A DNA stretch of 64,000 bases from an uncultured Actinomycetota bacterium (GTDB lineage: Bacteria; Actinomycetota; Actinomycetes; JAHEKZ01), in the NCBI GenBank assembly GCA_963829525.1, contig CAWHIJ010000003.1, positions 224,001-288,000 on the forward strand, given 5' to 3'. Positions 9,417 through 18,972 of this stretch are shown here, in pieces (position 1 is the first letter of the stretch; each line of letters starts with the position of its first letter). The notes under the pieces were generated by a model. The model searched no databases. It was not told the DNA's origin and was given only the letters and a program-made list of their open reading frames with translations. The position numbers and the translations under genes were made by a program.

Positions 9417-10834
9417 GCGGAGTCCTCCGCGATACGGTCGGCGTCGGCGCGCCACTTGGCCATGAAGTCCGCCGCACGATGGGCCGACCACCGTGGCTCG
9501 TAGACGGTGGCCGGTGCCCAAGGTCCCAGGGCTTCAGCCAGCGTTGCCGTTGGAGCAAGGGCGACCCTGGCCAATGCGGCTGCACCGAGCGCCGTCGCGT
9601 GAGCCGACGGATACACCTCGATAGGCAGCTGCAAGATGTCAGCCTGTGCCTGCATCAGCGCCGTTGAATGGGTCAAACCACCATCGACTCGAAGGGTCTT
9701 GGGGGATTCTCCGGTGTCGTCGTCAATCACGGCGACCAACACAGCGATCGTCGCCGCTATCCCCTCGACCACTGCGCGCACAAGTTGCCCGCGTGAAGAG
9801 GCCAGACTCAGGCCGGTGAAAGCGCCGCGCGCCTCCGAACGCCACCACGGCGCGGCAAGTCCGGCCAGGGCAGGAACGAACCTGACATCGCCGCTGGCGG
9901 AGGCCGCCTCAGCATCCAGCGAGCGGACGTCATCGAGTAGGCCGATCTCGACCATCCACTGCACGGCGGAAGCCGCCGTGAAGGCCTGGCCGTCGAGGCA
10001 GTACTGCGTGCCGTGCCGAGTGCGCCAGGCCACTGATGACGTCAACCCATGCCGGGATCGAGTTGCTACATCCCCCGTGTTCGAGAGCAGGAAGGCTCCG
10101 GTGCCATACGTGCACTTGGTGCTGCCCGGCTGCAGGCAGGCTTCAGCGAGCAACGCAGCCTGCTGGTCGACGACGAGCCCGGCGAGCGGGATCTGCGCGC
10201 CGAACGCGGAAGTGGCTCCGACCACCTCGTCATTGGCGACCAGTCGAGGCAGTGGCTCGTCCACGAGACCGAACAGCGTCAGCAGGTCGCCGTCCCAGGT
10301 GACAGCGTCAAGGTCGAGCACGAGTGAGCGGCTTGCTGTTGCGACGTCTGTGACGAATTCTCCCGTGAGCTGATGCACCAACCACGAGTCGCTGGTGGTG
10401 ACGACCCCGTCAGTGGTGTGGTGACGGCGCAGCCAGGCCGCCTTGGGTGCAGAGAAGTAGGGGTCGAGCACCAGCCCGGTGCGTGCTCGGACAAGGTCTG
10501 CATGGCCGCGCAGCTCGTCACAGATCGACTGCGCGCGACTGTCCTGCCACACGATGGCGGGCGAGAGCGGGCGCCCCGAGTCACGATCCCAGGCCAAGAC
10601 GGTCTCGCCCTGGTTCGCCAGGGCCACGGCTTCAACCTTGCCGCCGGCCGCTTCCAGCGCCTGGTGCCCGGCCGTGACAACGGAGTCGAGCAGCTCTTGG
10701 GGATCTTGCTCAACTGCCCCGGGCTCGGGGTGCGATGGATGGACGGCGACCTCGGCGAGACTGATCACGGCACCCTGATCGACGACGATCGCCTTCGTCC
10801 CGGACGTCCCTTGGTCGATCGCCAGGATTCTCAC
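9413..10834 (-). CDS. FGGY family carbohydrate kinase (glycerol kinase-like)
   Basis: AIDQGTSGTK, AIVWQD, DPYFSA, DQQAAL, KCTYGTG, RVDGG. Confidence 0.88.
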   Translation of the reverse strand: MRILAIDQGTSGTKAIVVDQGAVISLAEVAVHPSHPEPGAVEQDPQELLDSVVTAGHQALEAAGGKVEAVALANQGETVLAWDRDSGRPLSPAIVWQDSRAQSICDELRGHADLVRARTGLVLDPYFSAPKAAWLRRHHTTDGVVTTSDSWLVHQLTGEFVTDVATASRSLVLDLDAVTWDGDLLTLFGLVDEPLPRLVANDEVVGATSAFGAQIPLAGLVVDQQAALLAEACLQPGSTKCTYGTGAFLLSNTGDVATRSRHGLTSSVAWRTRHGTQYCLDGQAFTAASAVQWMVEIGLLDDVRSLDAEAASASGDVRFVPALAGLAAPWWRSEARGAFTGLSLASSRGQLVRAVVEGIAATIAVLVAVIDDDTGESPKTLRVDGGLTHSTALMQAQADILQLPIEVYPSAHATALGAAALARVALAPTATLAEALGPWAPATVYEPRWSAHRAADFMAKWRADADRIAEDSA

Positions 10835-10843
10835 GTAAGCATT

Positions 10844-10876
10844 CTGTCCACACTCCTGCCCCGTCTCTAGTGTGGA
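10844..10876. promoter_or_regulatory. Divergent leaderless promoters overlapped by the inverted repeat TCCACACT-N14-AGTGTGGA
   Basis: TAGTGT lies 6 nt before the GNAT ATG and CAGAAT 6 nt before the kinase GTG. The left arm overlaps CTGTCCACA, a one-mismatch DnaA box. Confidence 0.5.
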
Positions 10877-10879
10877 GGC

Positions 10880-11506
10880 ATGTCCTTTGACATCGCGCCT
10901 GCCACTGAAGACCGCTTCGACGACCTACGACAGCTGTTGGCGCCCAAGAACCCGGACGCGCCGGCATGCTGGTGTCTTTCGTATCGCTTCAGCAGCGGGG
11001 ATCCGCAGATGAAGACGGGACGGGGAAGAGAGAGCCTGCTCCGCGAATTGTGCGCCGGTCCAATACCTCCCGGTGTTCTCGCCTACGACGGAGACACCGT
11101 CATTGGGTGGTCATCGGTCAGTCCGCGATCGTCTTACCACCGGCTGGTGCATTCGCGCGTAATTCCGGCGGTTGACGATCAGCCGGTCTGGAGTGTGATC
11201 TGTTTTGTGGTGCGACCCGGTCACCGGCGGAAGGGCGTGGCATCGGCTCTGCTCACCGGAGCCGTCGATTTCGCCAGGGCGAAGGGGGCGGCAATCGTTG
11301 AGGGATACCCGGCCGACAACGGCGGGGCGCGCCTCAGTAGCACCTTCGCATACACCGGCACGAGGTCGCTGTTCGAGAAGGCGGGGTTCAAGAAGGTATC
11401 GGACACCACAAGCAAGACCGGTGGCGTCCCGCGAGTCGTCATGCGTAGGGTCCTGGACGACGGGTGGGTCGAAGAGTCAGCCGTGGGCCATGTCGACGAA
11501 GCGTGA
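10880..11506 (+). CDS. GNAT family N-acetyltransferase
   Basis: CWCLSY N-terminus, WSVICFVVRPGHRRKGVA acetyl-CoA motif, VEGYP, LFEKAGF. Confidence 0.88.
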   Translation: MSFDIAPATEDRFDDLRQLLAPKNPDAPACWCLSYRFSSGDPQMKTGRGRESLLRELCAGPIPPGVLAYDGDTVIGWSSVSPRSSYHRLVHSRVIPAVDDQPVWSVICFVVRPGHRRKGVASALLTGAVDFARAKGAAIVEGYPADNGGARLSSTFAYTGTRSLFEKAGFKKVSDTTSKTGGVPRVVMRRVLDDGWVEESAVGHVDEA

Positions 11507-12841
11507 GTAGTGGCCCTGGAAGGCAACAGTGATCGTTGCCGTCGGGCCGTTGCGGTGCTTGGCGACGATGAAGTCGGCCTCGCCGGCGCGCGGTGACTCG
11601 CGTTCGTAGGCATCCTCGCGGTGGAGCAGGATCACCATGTCGGAGTCCTGCTCGATCGAGCCGGACTCACGAAGGTCGGACAGCATCGGCTTCTTGTCGG
11701 TGCGCTGCTCGGGTCCGCGGTTGAGCTGACTGAGCGCCACGACCGGAAGCTCGAGCTCCTTGGCAAGCAGCTTGAGGGCACGGGAGAACTCCGCGACCTC
11801 TTGCTGGCGGCTCTCGACACGCTTTCCACTGCTCATCAGCTGCAGGTAGTCGACGACAACGAGCTTGAGATCGTGTCGCTGCTTGAGGCGTCGACACTTC
11901 GCCCGGATCTCCATCATGGTCATGTTCGGGCTGTCGTCGATGAAGAGCGGTGCGCTGGCAACCTCGGACATCTTGCGGGCGAGCTTGGTCCAGTCGTCGT
12001 CACCGAGACTGCCGGTGCGCATGTGGTGCAGACCGACCCGAGCCTCCGCCGACAGCAGACGCATGGTGATCTCGTTGCGCGTCATCTCCAAAGAGAAGAT
12101 CACGCTCGTCAGACCGCTCTTGATCGATGCCGAACGGGCGAAGTCGAGGGCAAGGGTGGACTTACCCAAACCAGGGCGCGCGGCCACGACAACGAGTTGA
12201 CCTGGGTGCAGACCGTTGGTGAGAGCGTCGAGGTCGGTGAAGCCGGTAGGGACGCCGACCATGGTGCCACCGCGCGAGCCGATGGCCTCGATCTCGTCGA
12301 GGGTGCCCTCCATGATCTCAGCGAGTGGAGCGTAATCCTCGCTCGTTCGCCGCTCGGTGACGGAGTAGATCTCAGCCTGTGCGCGGTCGACGACCTCGTC
12401 GACCTCACCTGTGTCGGCGTATCCCATCTGGGTGATCCGGGTGCCTGCCTCCACAAGGCGGCGGAGGATGGCACGCTCGGAGACGATCCGGGCGTAGTAC
12501 CCGGCGTTGGCCGCAGTCGGCACCGAGGAGATGAGGGTGTGGAGATAAGGAGCGCCGCCGACTCGCCCGAGCTCTCCGCGCTTGGTGAGCTCGGCGGAGA
12601 GCGTGATCGCGTCAGCTGGTTCACCGCGTCCGTAGAGGTCAAGGACAGCCTCGTAGATCGTCTGGTGAGCCGGCTTGTAGAAGTCGTCACCCCGCAGGGC
12701 CTCGACGACATCGGCGATAGCGTCCTTGGAAAGGAGCATTCCCCCGAGGACGCTCTGTTCGGCCTCCAGGTCCTGGGGCGGGATGCGGTCGAAGGCGGCG
12801 AAGTCGGCACCACCGCGTCCTGGCAGCTCGGCGACCGTCAC
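11477..12841 (-). CDS. dnaB: Replicative DNA helicase
   Basis: PPQDLEAEQSVLGG, ARPGLGKS Walker A, DYLQLM, DLRESGSIEQD. GTG 12841 follows an AAGGAGG RBS; no intein. Confidence 0.98.
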   Translation of the reverse strand: MTVAELPGRGGADFAAFDRIPPQDLEAEQSVLGGMLLSKDAIADVVEALRGDDFYKPAHQTIYEAVLDLYGRGEPADAITLSAELTKRGELGRVGGAPYLHTLISSVPTAANAGYYARIVSERAILRRLVEAGTRITQMGYADTGEVDEVVDRAQAEIYSVTERRTSEDYAPLAEIMEGTLDEIEAIGSRGGTMVGVPTGFTDLDALTNGLHPGQLVVVAARPGLGKSTLALDFARSASIKSGLTSVIFSLEMTRNEITMRLLSAEARVGLHHMRTGSLGDDDWTKLARKMSEVASAPLFIDDSPNMTMMEIRAKCRRLKQRHDLKLVVVDYLQLMSSGKRVESRQQEVAEFSRALKLLAKELELPVVALSQLNRGPEQRTDKKPMLSDLRESGSIEQDSDMVILLHREDAYERESPRAGEADFIVAKHRNGPTATITVAFQGHYSRFVDMAHG

Positions 12842-12903
12842 CGGCGCCCTCCTTCTTCCACGTCGTACCCGGTGGACCGGGGCGTGCCGCCCGTCCACTG
12901 ATG

Positions 12904-12926
12904 GTTCTACCGGGCCGGTCCGACAG
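12904..12926 (-). promoter_or_regulatory. RecA-NDp/PafBC-type DNA-damage promoter upstream of dnaB
   Basis: Minus strand reads CTGTCGG-ACCGGCCCGG-TAGAAC, matching TGTCGG-N10-TA-N3-T except at the last base. Confidence 0.6.
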
Positions 12927-12934
12927 TCCCCAAG

Positions 12935-13092
12935 TTGCCCTGTGGACGAAGCTGGGGATAGTTGACCCAATCTTGGGGAAACCCTCACCCGGACCGGGGA
13001 AAGACCTGGGGACGCACCTGGGGATTGTTTCTGAACTGGGCGCGTATCGGGCGCTGACCTGCACGATCTGCGTCCACGGCCTGTGGACGCAA
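12935..13092. promoter_or_regulatory. DnaA-box cluster between rplI and dnaB
   Basis: TGTGGACGA 12941, TGGGGATAG 12953, CGGGGAAAG 12995, TGGGGACGC 13007, TGGGGATTG 13019, GCGTCCACG 13070, TGTGGACGC 13082; neighbouring boxes are spaced 12 bp apart. Confidence 0.72.
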
Positions 13093-13188
13093 GTCGAAAC
13101 GGCAGTTCTCACATGCTGGACGTCCAGCGGCCCCGGCGAGGACCAGCGAGATCACCGGAGCGGAACGACCCTGCGTCGCGCGCCTGGG

Positions 13189-13641
13189 TCAGGCTGAGGC
13201 CGGAACGACGTCGACCTCGACCTCCGCGTCCACCTCGGGGTGGAGCGCAACAGTGACCGAGTGCGCTCCTACCGTCTTGATCGGCGCAGTCAGCTGCACC
13301 GACCGCTTGTCCAGGGCCGGCCCACCAGCAGCCGCGACCGCATCGACGATGTCAGACACGGTGACGGCGCCAAAGAGACGGCCGGCATCGCCGGCCCGGA
13401 CCTCAAGCGTGACCGAGAGCGACGCGAGCTGCGCCTTGACCTCGTTGGCGTGCCCGAGATCGCGGATGGCGCGAGCGTCCTGCGAACGCTTGATCGTGCT
13501 GATCTGCTTCTCGCCACCACGCGACCAGGGCAGCGCCATGCCTCGCGGCAGCAGGAAGTTCCGGCCGTAACCGTCCCTGACCTCGACGATGTCGCCCGGC
13601 GCACCGAGACCGTTGACGTCTTGCGTAAGGATGAGCTTCAT
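13189..13641 (-). CDS. rplI: 50S ribosomal protein L9
   Basis: [13 protein letters not shown]...[20 protein letters not shown]. Confidence 0.98.
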   Translation of the reverse strand: MKLILTQDVNGLGAPGDIVEVRDGYGRNFLLPRGMALPWSRGGEKQISTIKRSQDARAIRDLGHANEVKAQLASLSVTLEVRAGDAGRLFGAVTVSDIVDAVAAAGGPALDKRSVQLTAPIKTVGAHSVTVALHPEVDAEVEVDVVPASA

Positions 13642-13664
13642 CTCGTGACCCTTTCTCAGCGTTC

Positions 13665-13901
13665 TCAGCGGGCCGTCGACGAGTAGGGCATAAGTGCCAT
13701 CTCGCGGCTGTTCTTGATCGCCATGGCGATGTCGCGCTGGTGCTGCGTGCAGTTGCCGGTCACTCGGCGAGCGCGGATCTTGCCACGGTCGGACACGAAC
13801 TTGCGCAGCAAGGTCGTGTCTTTGTAGTCAATCGTCTGCGGGTTCTTCTTGCAGAACTGGCAGACCTTCTTCTTGGGCTTCCGAAGCGGAGGCTTGGCCA
13901 T
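13665..13901 (-). CDS. rpsR: 30S ribosomal protein S18 (zinc-binding C+ type)
   Basis: CQFC...IDYKD...[17 protein letters not shown]. Confidence 0.98.
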   Translation of the reverse strand: MAKPPLRKPKKKVCQFCKKNPQTIDYKDTTLLRKFVSDRGKIRARRVTGNCTQHQRDIAMAIKNSREMALMPYSSTAR

Positions 13902-13988
13902 CGTGGTGCTCCTGTGAGTTCAGGGCCCCGCGTCAACGGGGATGGGATGAATGGGTGGTGTGGGGCTTGTGAGGCTTGTGCCGATCTG

Positions 13989-14462
13989 TCAGAACGGCGG
14001 TTCGTCGTCAGCAGCCGGAGCCGATGCCCACGGGTCCTCGGCCGGAGCCGACGCTGCGACCGGTGCTCCGCCGCCGAAGCCGCCGCCACCGCCGCCGCGG
14101 GTGACCTTGGCGACCTTGGCCGTTGCGTACTTCAGCGAAGGGCCGACCTCGTCGACGTCGAGCTCATAGACCGTGCGCTTCTCGCCCTCGCGCGTCTCGT
14201 ACGAACGTTGCTTGAGGCGTCCCTGCACGATGACCCGAGCACCTTTGGTAAGGGTCTCGGCCACGTTCTCGGCGGCCTGGCGCCAGATCGAGCAACGCAG
14301 GAAGAGTGCGTCGCCGTCCTTCCAGTCGCTGGTGTTCTTGTCGAAGAAGCGCGGGGTCGACGCCACAGTGAAATTGGCGACGGCTGCACCCGACGATGTG
14401 AAGCGAAGCTCCGGGTCGTCAGTGAGGTTGCCGACCACGGTGATGATGGTTTCGCCAGCCAT
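13989..14462 (-). CDS. ssb: Single-stranded DNA-binding protein
   Basis: [14 protein letters not shown] fold and acidic DDEPPF tail. Confidence 0.98.
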   Translation of the reverse strand: MAGETIITVVGNLTDDPELRFTSSGAAVANFTVASTPRFFDKNTSDWKDGDALFLRCSIWRQAAENVAETLTKGARVIVQGRLKQRSYETREGEKRTVYELDVDEVGPSLKYATAKVAKVTRGGGGGGFGGGAPVAASAPAEDPWASAPAADDEPPF

Positions 14463-14470
14463 GGCAGCGC

Positions 14471-14761
14471 CTACTTCCCGTCCTTGCGGACGACCTTGGT
14501 CCGCAAGACGGCTTCGGTCAGGTTCAGCTGGCGGTCGAGTTCCTTGACCGTGTCTGGCTGGGCCTGCATGTCGATGACGGCATAGATGCCGTCGCTCTTC
14601 TTGTCGATCTCGTGGGCGAGGCGACGGCGTCCCCAGATGTCGACCTTCTCCACGGTGCCGCCATCTTTGGTGATGACGGTCAGGAACTGGTCGAGCGAGG
14701 GAGCGACGGTGCGCTCTTCGAGGTCGGGGTCGAGGATGACCATGAGCTCGTACTGACGCAT
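14471..14761 (-). CDS. rpsF: 30S ribosomal protein S6
   Basis: [12 protein letters not shown]...[10 protein letters not shown]; start trimmed to the ATG after AAGGAGGT. Confidence 0.98.
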   Translation of the reverse strand: MRQYELMVILDPDLEERTVAPSLDQFLTVITKDGGTVEKVDIWGRRRLAHEIDKKSDGIYAVIDMQAQPDTVKELDRQLNLTEAVLRTKVVRKDGK

Positions 14762-14764
14762 GCG

Positions 14765-14820
14765 TTCTCCACCTCCTTCGGACTTGAAGCGGTCACGGAC
14801 GATCCGTGACAGGAGGGCGA
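14765..14820 (-). promoter_or_regulatory. S6:S18 ribosomal protein leader RNA (autogenous control)
   Basis: Minus strand CCCTCCT-GTCACGGA-tcg-TCCGTGAC-CGC...AAGGAGG: a hairpin plus an anti-SD segment that can pair with the rpsF SD. Confidence 0.7.
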
Positions 14821-14970
14821 TGCGATCATTGTGTGCCCGAGCGCAGATGCCCGGGGACAGCCTGGTCAGACTACCCGCCGGATGTGCACCGGACGAAATC
14901 GGCTGGGGACCATTGCCGGGGCGCCGTGCTGTGGGCACCCCCCAGATGGTCGCCCGATTACGCTGCCGCC

Positions 14971-15756
14971 ATGCGAATCGCGACGTGGAACGTCAACTCG
15001 ATCACGGCTCGGCTCCCTCGCGTCACAGAGTGGCTGCAGGTCAGCGGCACCGACGTGCTCTGCGTGCAGGAGACGAAGGTCGCGGCCGACAAGTTCCCCG
15101 CCGCAGCCTTCAGCGAGCTGGGGTACGAGACGGCCCACCACGGCGAAGGGCGATGGAACGGCGTTGCCGTCATCTCCCGGGTCGGCATCGAATCCGTCGA
15201 GCGGGGATTTCCCGGCGACCCCGGGTTCCCCGACGATGAGACGCTCGAGGCGCGAGCGATGGGCGCGACCTGTGGGGGCGTCCGCGTCTGGTCGCTGTAC
15301 GTCCCCAACGGTCGGACTCCCGATGACCCGCACTACGCGTACAAGCTGGCGTGGTTCTCAGCGCTCACCGCCCACCTCCAGGAACAGGCAGCAGCGCTGA
15401 CACCACTGGCAGTCGTTGGTGACTTCAACGTGGCGCCCACCGACGCTGACGTCTGGGACCCAGCGCAGTTTGCGGGAGCAACCCACGTCACTGACGCCGA
15501 GCGCGCAGCATTCGAACGTGTCAAAGCCCTTGGTCTGCGCGACGTCTTCCCGCGTGCGCTCAAGGGAGACCACCCCTTCACCTTCTGGGACTATCGCGAC
15601 GGTGCCTTCCACCGGGGCATGGGCATGCGGATCGACTTCGTGCTCGCCAATCCCACCCTTCAATCGGCGGTGACCGACGCGTACGTCGACCGCGAGGCAC
15701 GCAAGGGCAAGGGTGCGAGCGACCACGCGCCCGTCGTCGTCGACGTCGAGCTCTGA
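14971..15756 (+). CDS. xth: Exodeoxyribonuclease III (AP endonuclease)
   Basis: [31 protein letters not shown]; leaderless (TACGCT-N6-ATG). Confidence 0.96.
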   Translation: MRIATWNVNSITARLPRVTEWLQVSGTDVLCVQETKVAADKFPAAAFSELGYETAHHGEGRWNGVAVISRVGIESVERGFPGDPGFPDDETLEARAMGATCGGVRVWSLYVPNGRTPDDPHYAYKLAWFSALTAHLQEQAAALTPLAVVGDFNVAPTDADVWDPAQFAGATHVTDAERAAFERVKALGLRDVFPRALKGDHPFTFWDYRDGAFHRGMGMRIDFVLANPTLQSAVTDAYVDREARKGKGASDHAPVVVDVEL

Positions 15757-15813
15757 CCGTCGTACTTCTCGCGCGGCGGAGGCGACAAGGGTGGCCCTAC
15801 TAGGCTGACGGCC

Positions 15814-16932
15814 GTGAATCAGCCTCTGGTGGTCAGACCGATCACCGCCGACGAGCATCTGGCCGTCGTGACCGACTCCAGTGGCTCCTTCCTCCAGACA
15901 CCTGCCTGGGGCTCGGTGAAGATCGACTGGCACCACGAGAGCCTCGGATGGTTCGACGGGGTCGACCTGGTGGGCGCCGCCCTGGTCCTCTATCGGTCGG
16001 TGCCGCGGACCAGGCGGTCACTTGCCTACCTGCCCGAAGGTCCGGTCATTGACTGGCAGCGATACGCCGCTGGCACGGTGACCGCCCCCCTGCTCAAGCA
16101 CCTGCGACACCGCAAAGTGTTCTCGGTGAAGATGGGCCCCCCGGTCGTGGCCCGCCGCTGGGAGAGCCGGTCGTTGAAGGATGCGATCGCAGCCGACGAC
16201 GTGCTGCGGCTCTCCGATGTACCAGCTGACGTCACCTCGAGCACGGCGGACGCGGTCGTGGCATCGCTGAAGGCCGGCGGTTGGACGCGGCAGAGCTCAG
16301 GTGCCGGCTTCGGCGACTTTCAGCCCCGCTACGTCTTCCAGGTCCCTCTCGCGGACCGCTCACTCGATGAGGTGTTCGGCGGCTTCAACCAACTGTGGCG
16401 TCGAAACATCCGTAAGGCCCAGAAGTCCGATGTAGAGGTGACCCTCGGTGATGCATCAGACCTTCCTGCCTTTCACGAGGTGTACGTCGAGACGGCACGG
16501 CGCGACGCCTTCACACCACGGCCTCTCAGCTACTTCCAACGGATGTGGGATGCCATGAGGGCCGAGGCCGGTGCTGATCGCATTCGGCTGTACCTGGCTC
16601 GGCATGAAGGGCGCGTCCTGGCCGCGACCACGTGGGTCAAGGTCGGGACACACGTCTGGTACTCCTACGGTGCCTCTTCTACCGCGGGTCGCGAGCTGCG
16701 TCCCAGCAATGCCATCCAGTGGAAGATGATCGAGGACGCCCACGCCGCCGGAGCTGCGGTGTACGACCTGCGTGGCATCACCGACACGCTCGACCCGAGC
16801 GACCCGCTGTTCGGACTCATCCAGTTCAAAGTGGGGACCGGCGGCGAGGCCGTCGAGTACGTCGGGGAGTGGGACTATCCGCTCAACCGGCTTCTGCACA
16901 AAGCCTTCACCTACTACATGGGGCGCCGGTAG
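15814..16932 (+). CDS. femX: FemABX peptidoglycan bridge aminoacyltransferase (lipid II:glycine glycyltransferase)
   Basis: SFLQTPAWG, WRRNIRKA, YSYGASS, YDLRGI, FKVGTGG; syntenic with the Streptomyces rpsF-adjacent locus. Confidence 0.9.
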   Translation: MNQPLVVRPITADEHLAVVTDSSGSFLQTPAWGSVKIDWHHESLGWFDGVDLVGAALVLYRSVPRTRRSLAYLPEGPVIDWQRYAAGTVTAPLLKHLRHRKVFSVKMGPPVVARRWESRSLKDAIAADDVLRLSDVPADVTSSTADAVVASLKAGGWTRQSSGAGFGDFQPRYVFQVPLADRSLDEVFGGFNQLWRRNIRKAQKSDVEVTLGDASDLPAFHEVYVETARRDAFTPRPLSYFQRMWDAMRAEAGADRIRLYLARHEGRVLAATTWVKVGTHVWYSYGASSTAGRELRPSNAIQWKMIEDAHAAGAAVYDLRGITDTLDPSDPLFGLIQFKVGTGGEAVEYVGEWDYPLNRLLHKAFTYYMGRR

Positions 16933-16935
16933 CAG

Positions 16936-17970
16936 ATGTTTTCACTCCACATCGAGTCCGAGCGGTGGCGTGCCAACGCCGTGGCCCTCACTACCCAGAT
17001 CCCCGCGATCGTGCCCGTCGCGAAAGGCAACGGATATGGGTTCGGGCTACCGATGCTCGGGGCTGAATCTGAGCGTCTCGGCTGTGACACGCTCGCTGTC
17101 GGCACCCTGGACGAAGCGCCCATGGTGCACGACGCCTTCCGCGGGGACGTCCTGGTCATGACCCCCTGGCACCCAGCGATCGACCCCGAGCCTGCCGACG
17201 ACGCCCGACTGATCCTCACTGCATCATCCCCCGAGGCCGTGCGGGCCTTGTCCGGCCATGGGCGCCGCGTCGTGGTCGAGCTGTTGACCTCGATGCGTCG
17301 ATTCGGCCTGGACGAAGAAGCTGTCGCCACGGCCGTTCCCGATATCCGGCGACTGGCACTGGAGGGCTTTGCCCTGCACCTACCCATCGACGACGGTGAG
17401 CTGCCGCGTGTCGAGGAAATCAGTAGCTGGGTCAGCACCTTGCGACGCCACCAGTTGCCGACCGACACACTCTGGGTCAGCCACGTGTCAAACGCCGAGC
17501 TGGCGACGCTGCACCGCCGACACCCCGAAACCCGATTCCGTCCGCGAATCGGCACTGCGCTGTGGCTCGGCGACCGAGATTCCTACCGAGCGCGGGGAAT
17601 GGTGCTCGCCGTGCATCCCACCCGTCGAGGAGTTCGGTTCGGTTACCGGCAGCGCAAGGCTCCAGGAGATGGCCACCTGCTCATCGTCGGAGGAGGAACC
17701 TCCCACGGCGTGGCACTGTCGGCACCTCGTTCTGTCACCGGCCTGACGCCGAGGTTCAAACTCGCAGCCGAGGGTGCACTGGAAGCTGGCGGGCGGGCCT
17801 TGTCGCCCTTCTACGTGGCAGGGCGGCGTCGCTGGTTCGCTGAGCCACCGCACATGCAGGTTTCCATGGTTTGGCTGCCGTCTGGGGTCACCCCACCCGT
17901 AGTCGGTGACCAGGTAGACGCCGACCTCCGGATGACAACAGCGACATTCGACCGCGTCATCCTGCACTGA
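16936..17970 (+). CDS. Alanine racemase-family PLP enzyme
   Basis: VPVAKGNGYGFG PLP lysine, RPRIGTALWLG, FGYRQ; conserved partner of femX. Confidence 0.85.
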   Translation: MFSLHIESERWRANAVALTTQIPAIVPVAKGNGYGFGLPMLGAESERLGCDTLAVGTLDEAPMVHDAFRGDVLVMTPWHPAIDPEPADDARLILTASSPEAVRALSGHGRRVVVELLTSMRRFGLDEEAVATAVPDIRRLALEGFALHLPIDDGELPRVEEISSWVSTLRRHQLPTDTLWVSHVSNAELATLHRRHPETRFRPRIGTALWLGDRDSYRARGMVLAVHPTRRGVRFGYRQRKAPGDGHLLIVGGGTSHGVALSAPRSVTGLTPRFKLAAEGALEAGGRALSPFYVAGRRRWFAEPPHMQVSMVWLPSGVTPPVVGDQVDADLRMTTATFDRVILH

Positions 17971-18029
17971 CGTTCCTGCACTAGCGTTGGGATTGTGCGT
18001 CCACGAGGGGTGGCGTCCAGGCGAAGGCG

Positions 18030-18962
18030 GTGGCGATGCGACTGCGACCGGGGAGCTCCCGCGACGTAGCGACTTTCGCGCGCCTCATCAACGCTGAGAG
18101 CCAATGGCTGCGTGGTGAGGACTCATGGCAAGAAGACGAGCTGGCAGCCATCCTCATCAGTGCTACGGGTGAGCCCGCTGACAACGACCGATACCTCGAG
18201 GTGGGCGGCGAGACGGTCGCGGCCGTTCACGTACACATGAGCGAGCCGTTCATCAAAGGCACGATCCATCTGGCTCTGCCACCTGGACCACGTCGCGCAG
18301 AGTACGCGCGCACACTTGTCGATGCTGCTGCACGCATCGTGCAGAGCAGCCCGCACACTTCGCCGGGCGCCGACCTGCAGCTTGACGTGGCGCGCGAGGA
18401 CGTCGAGCTGCTCACCATCCTCGATGCACTTGGTTTTGGCGTCATACAGAAAGAGACCATCCTCGAGGGCGACATCTTTGATGCACCGGCTCCATCCTGG
18501 CCGGCAGACGTCAAGGTCTCGACGTTCAGCGTGACCCGCGATCTAAAGGACGGGTACGAGGTGATCCGCGAGGCGTTCGTCCCCAAACTGGGTGGCTGGC
18601 ATCTTTCGTGGGACGACTACGAGTACAGCGTGCAGAACGATCCAACTGCCCTACCAGGCCTTTCGGTCATCGTGCGCGACTCCCACGGACCCCTGGCGAT
18701 CGCGCTGAACTTCATGGACACCACCAAGGAGAACACCGGGCTGACCGGCGCTCTAGGTGTGCGCGAGCGGCGACGTGGCCGGGGCCTCGGGCGTGCGTTG
18801 CTACTCGAGTCCTTCGACCGGTTTCGCAGCCGGGGATGGGCACACGCCCGGCTTGCCACCGTCCTTGGGATGGACCTCGACGACAACAACTACGCCCTGT
18901 ACACAGCGGTTGGCATGCGACCGCTCTTCGACAACCTCGTCCTGACGAGGAGCCTCAAGTAG
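18030..18962 (+). CDS. Tandem-domain GNAT acetyltransferase
   Basis: LGVRERRRGRGLGRALL motif A and ALYTAVGM motif B in the C-terminal half. Confidence 0.8.
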   Translation: MAMRLRPGSSRDVATFARLINAESQWLRGEDSWQEDELAAILISATGEPADNDRYLEVGGETVAAVHVHMSEPFIKGTIHLALPPGPRRAEYARTLVDAAARIVQSSPHTSPGADLQLDVAREDVELLTILDALGFGVIQKETILEGDIFDAPAPSWPADVKVSTFSVTRDLKDGYEVIREAFVPKLGGWHLSWDDYEYSVQNDPTALPGLSVIVRDSHGPLAIALNFMDTTKENTGLTGALGVRERRRGRGLGRALLLESFDRFRSRGWAHARLATVLGMDLDDNNYALYTAVGMRPLFDNLVLTRSLK

Positions 18963-18972
18963 TCGAACGTGA

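Noticed and set aside
11477-12841. Possible inteins in dnaB, gyrA or gyrB
   Set aside because: Lengths are normal and motifs are contiguous.
11621-12901. 426-aa + strand ORF, and similar long antisense ORFs over ponA, parB, gyrA and gyrB
   Set aside because: These are shadow frames of high-GC genes with no recognisable motifs, lying opposite unambiguous genes.
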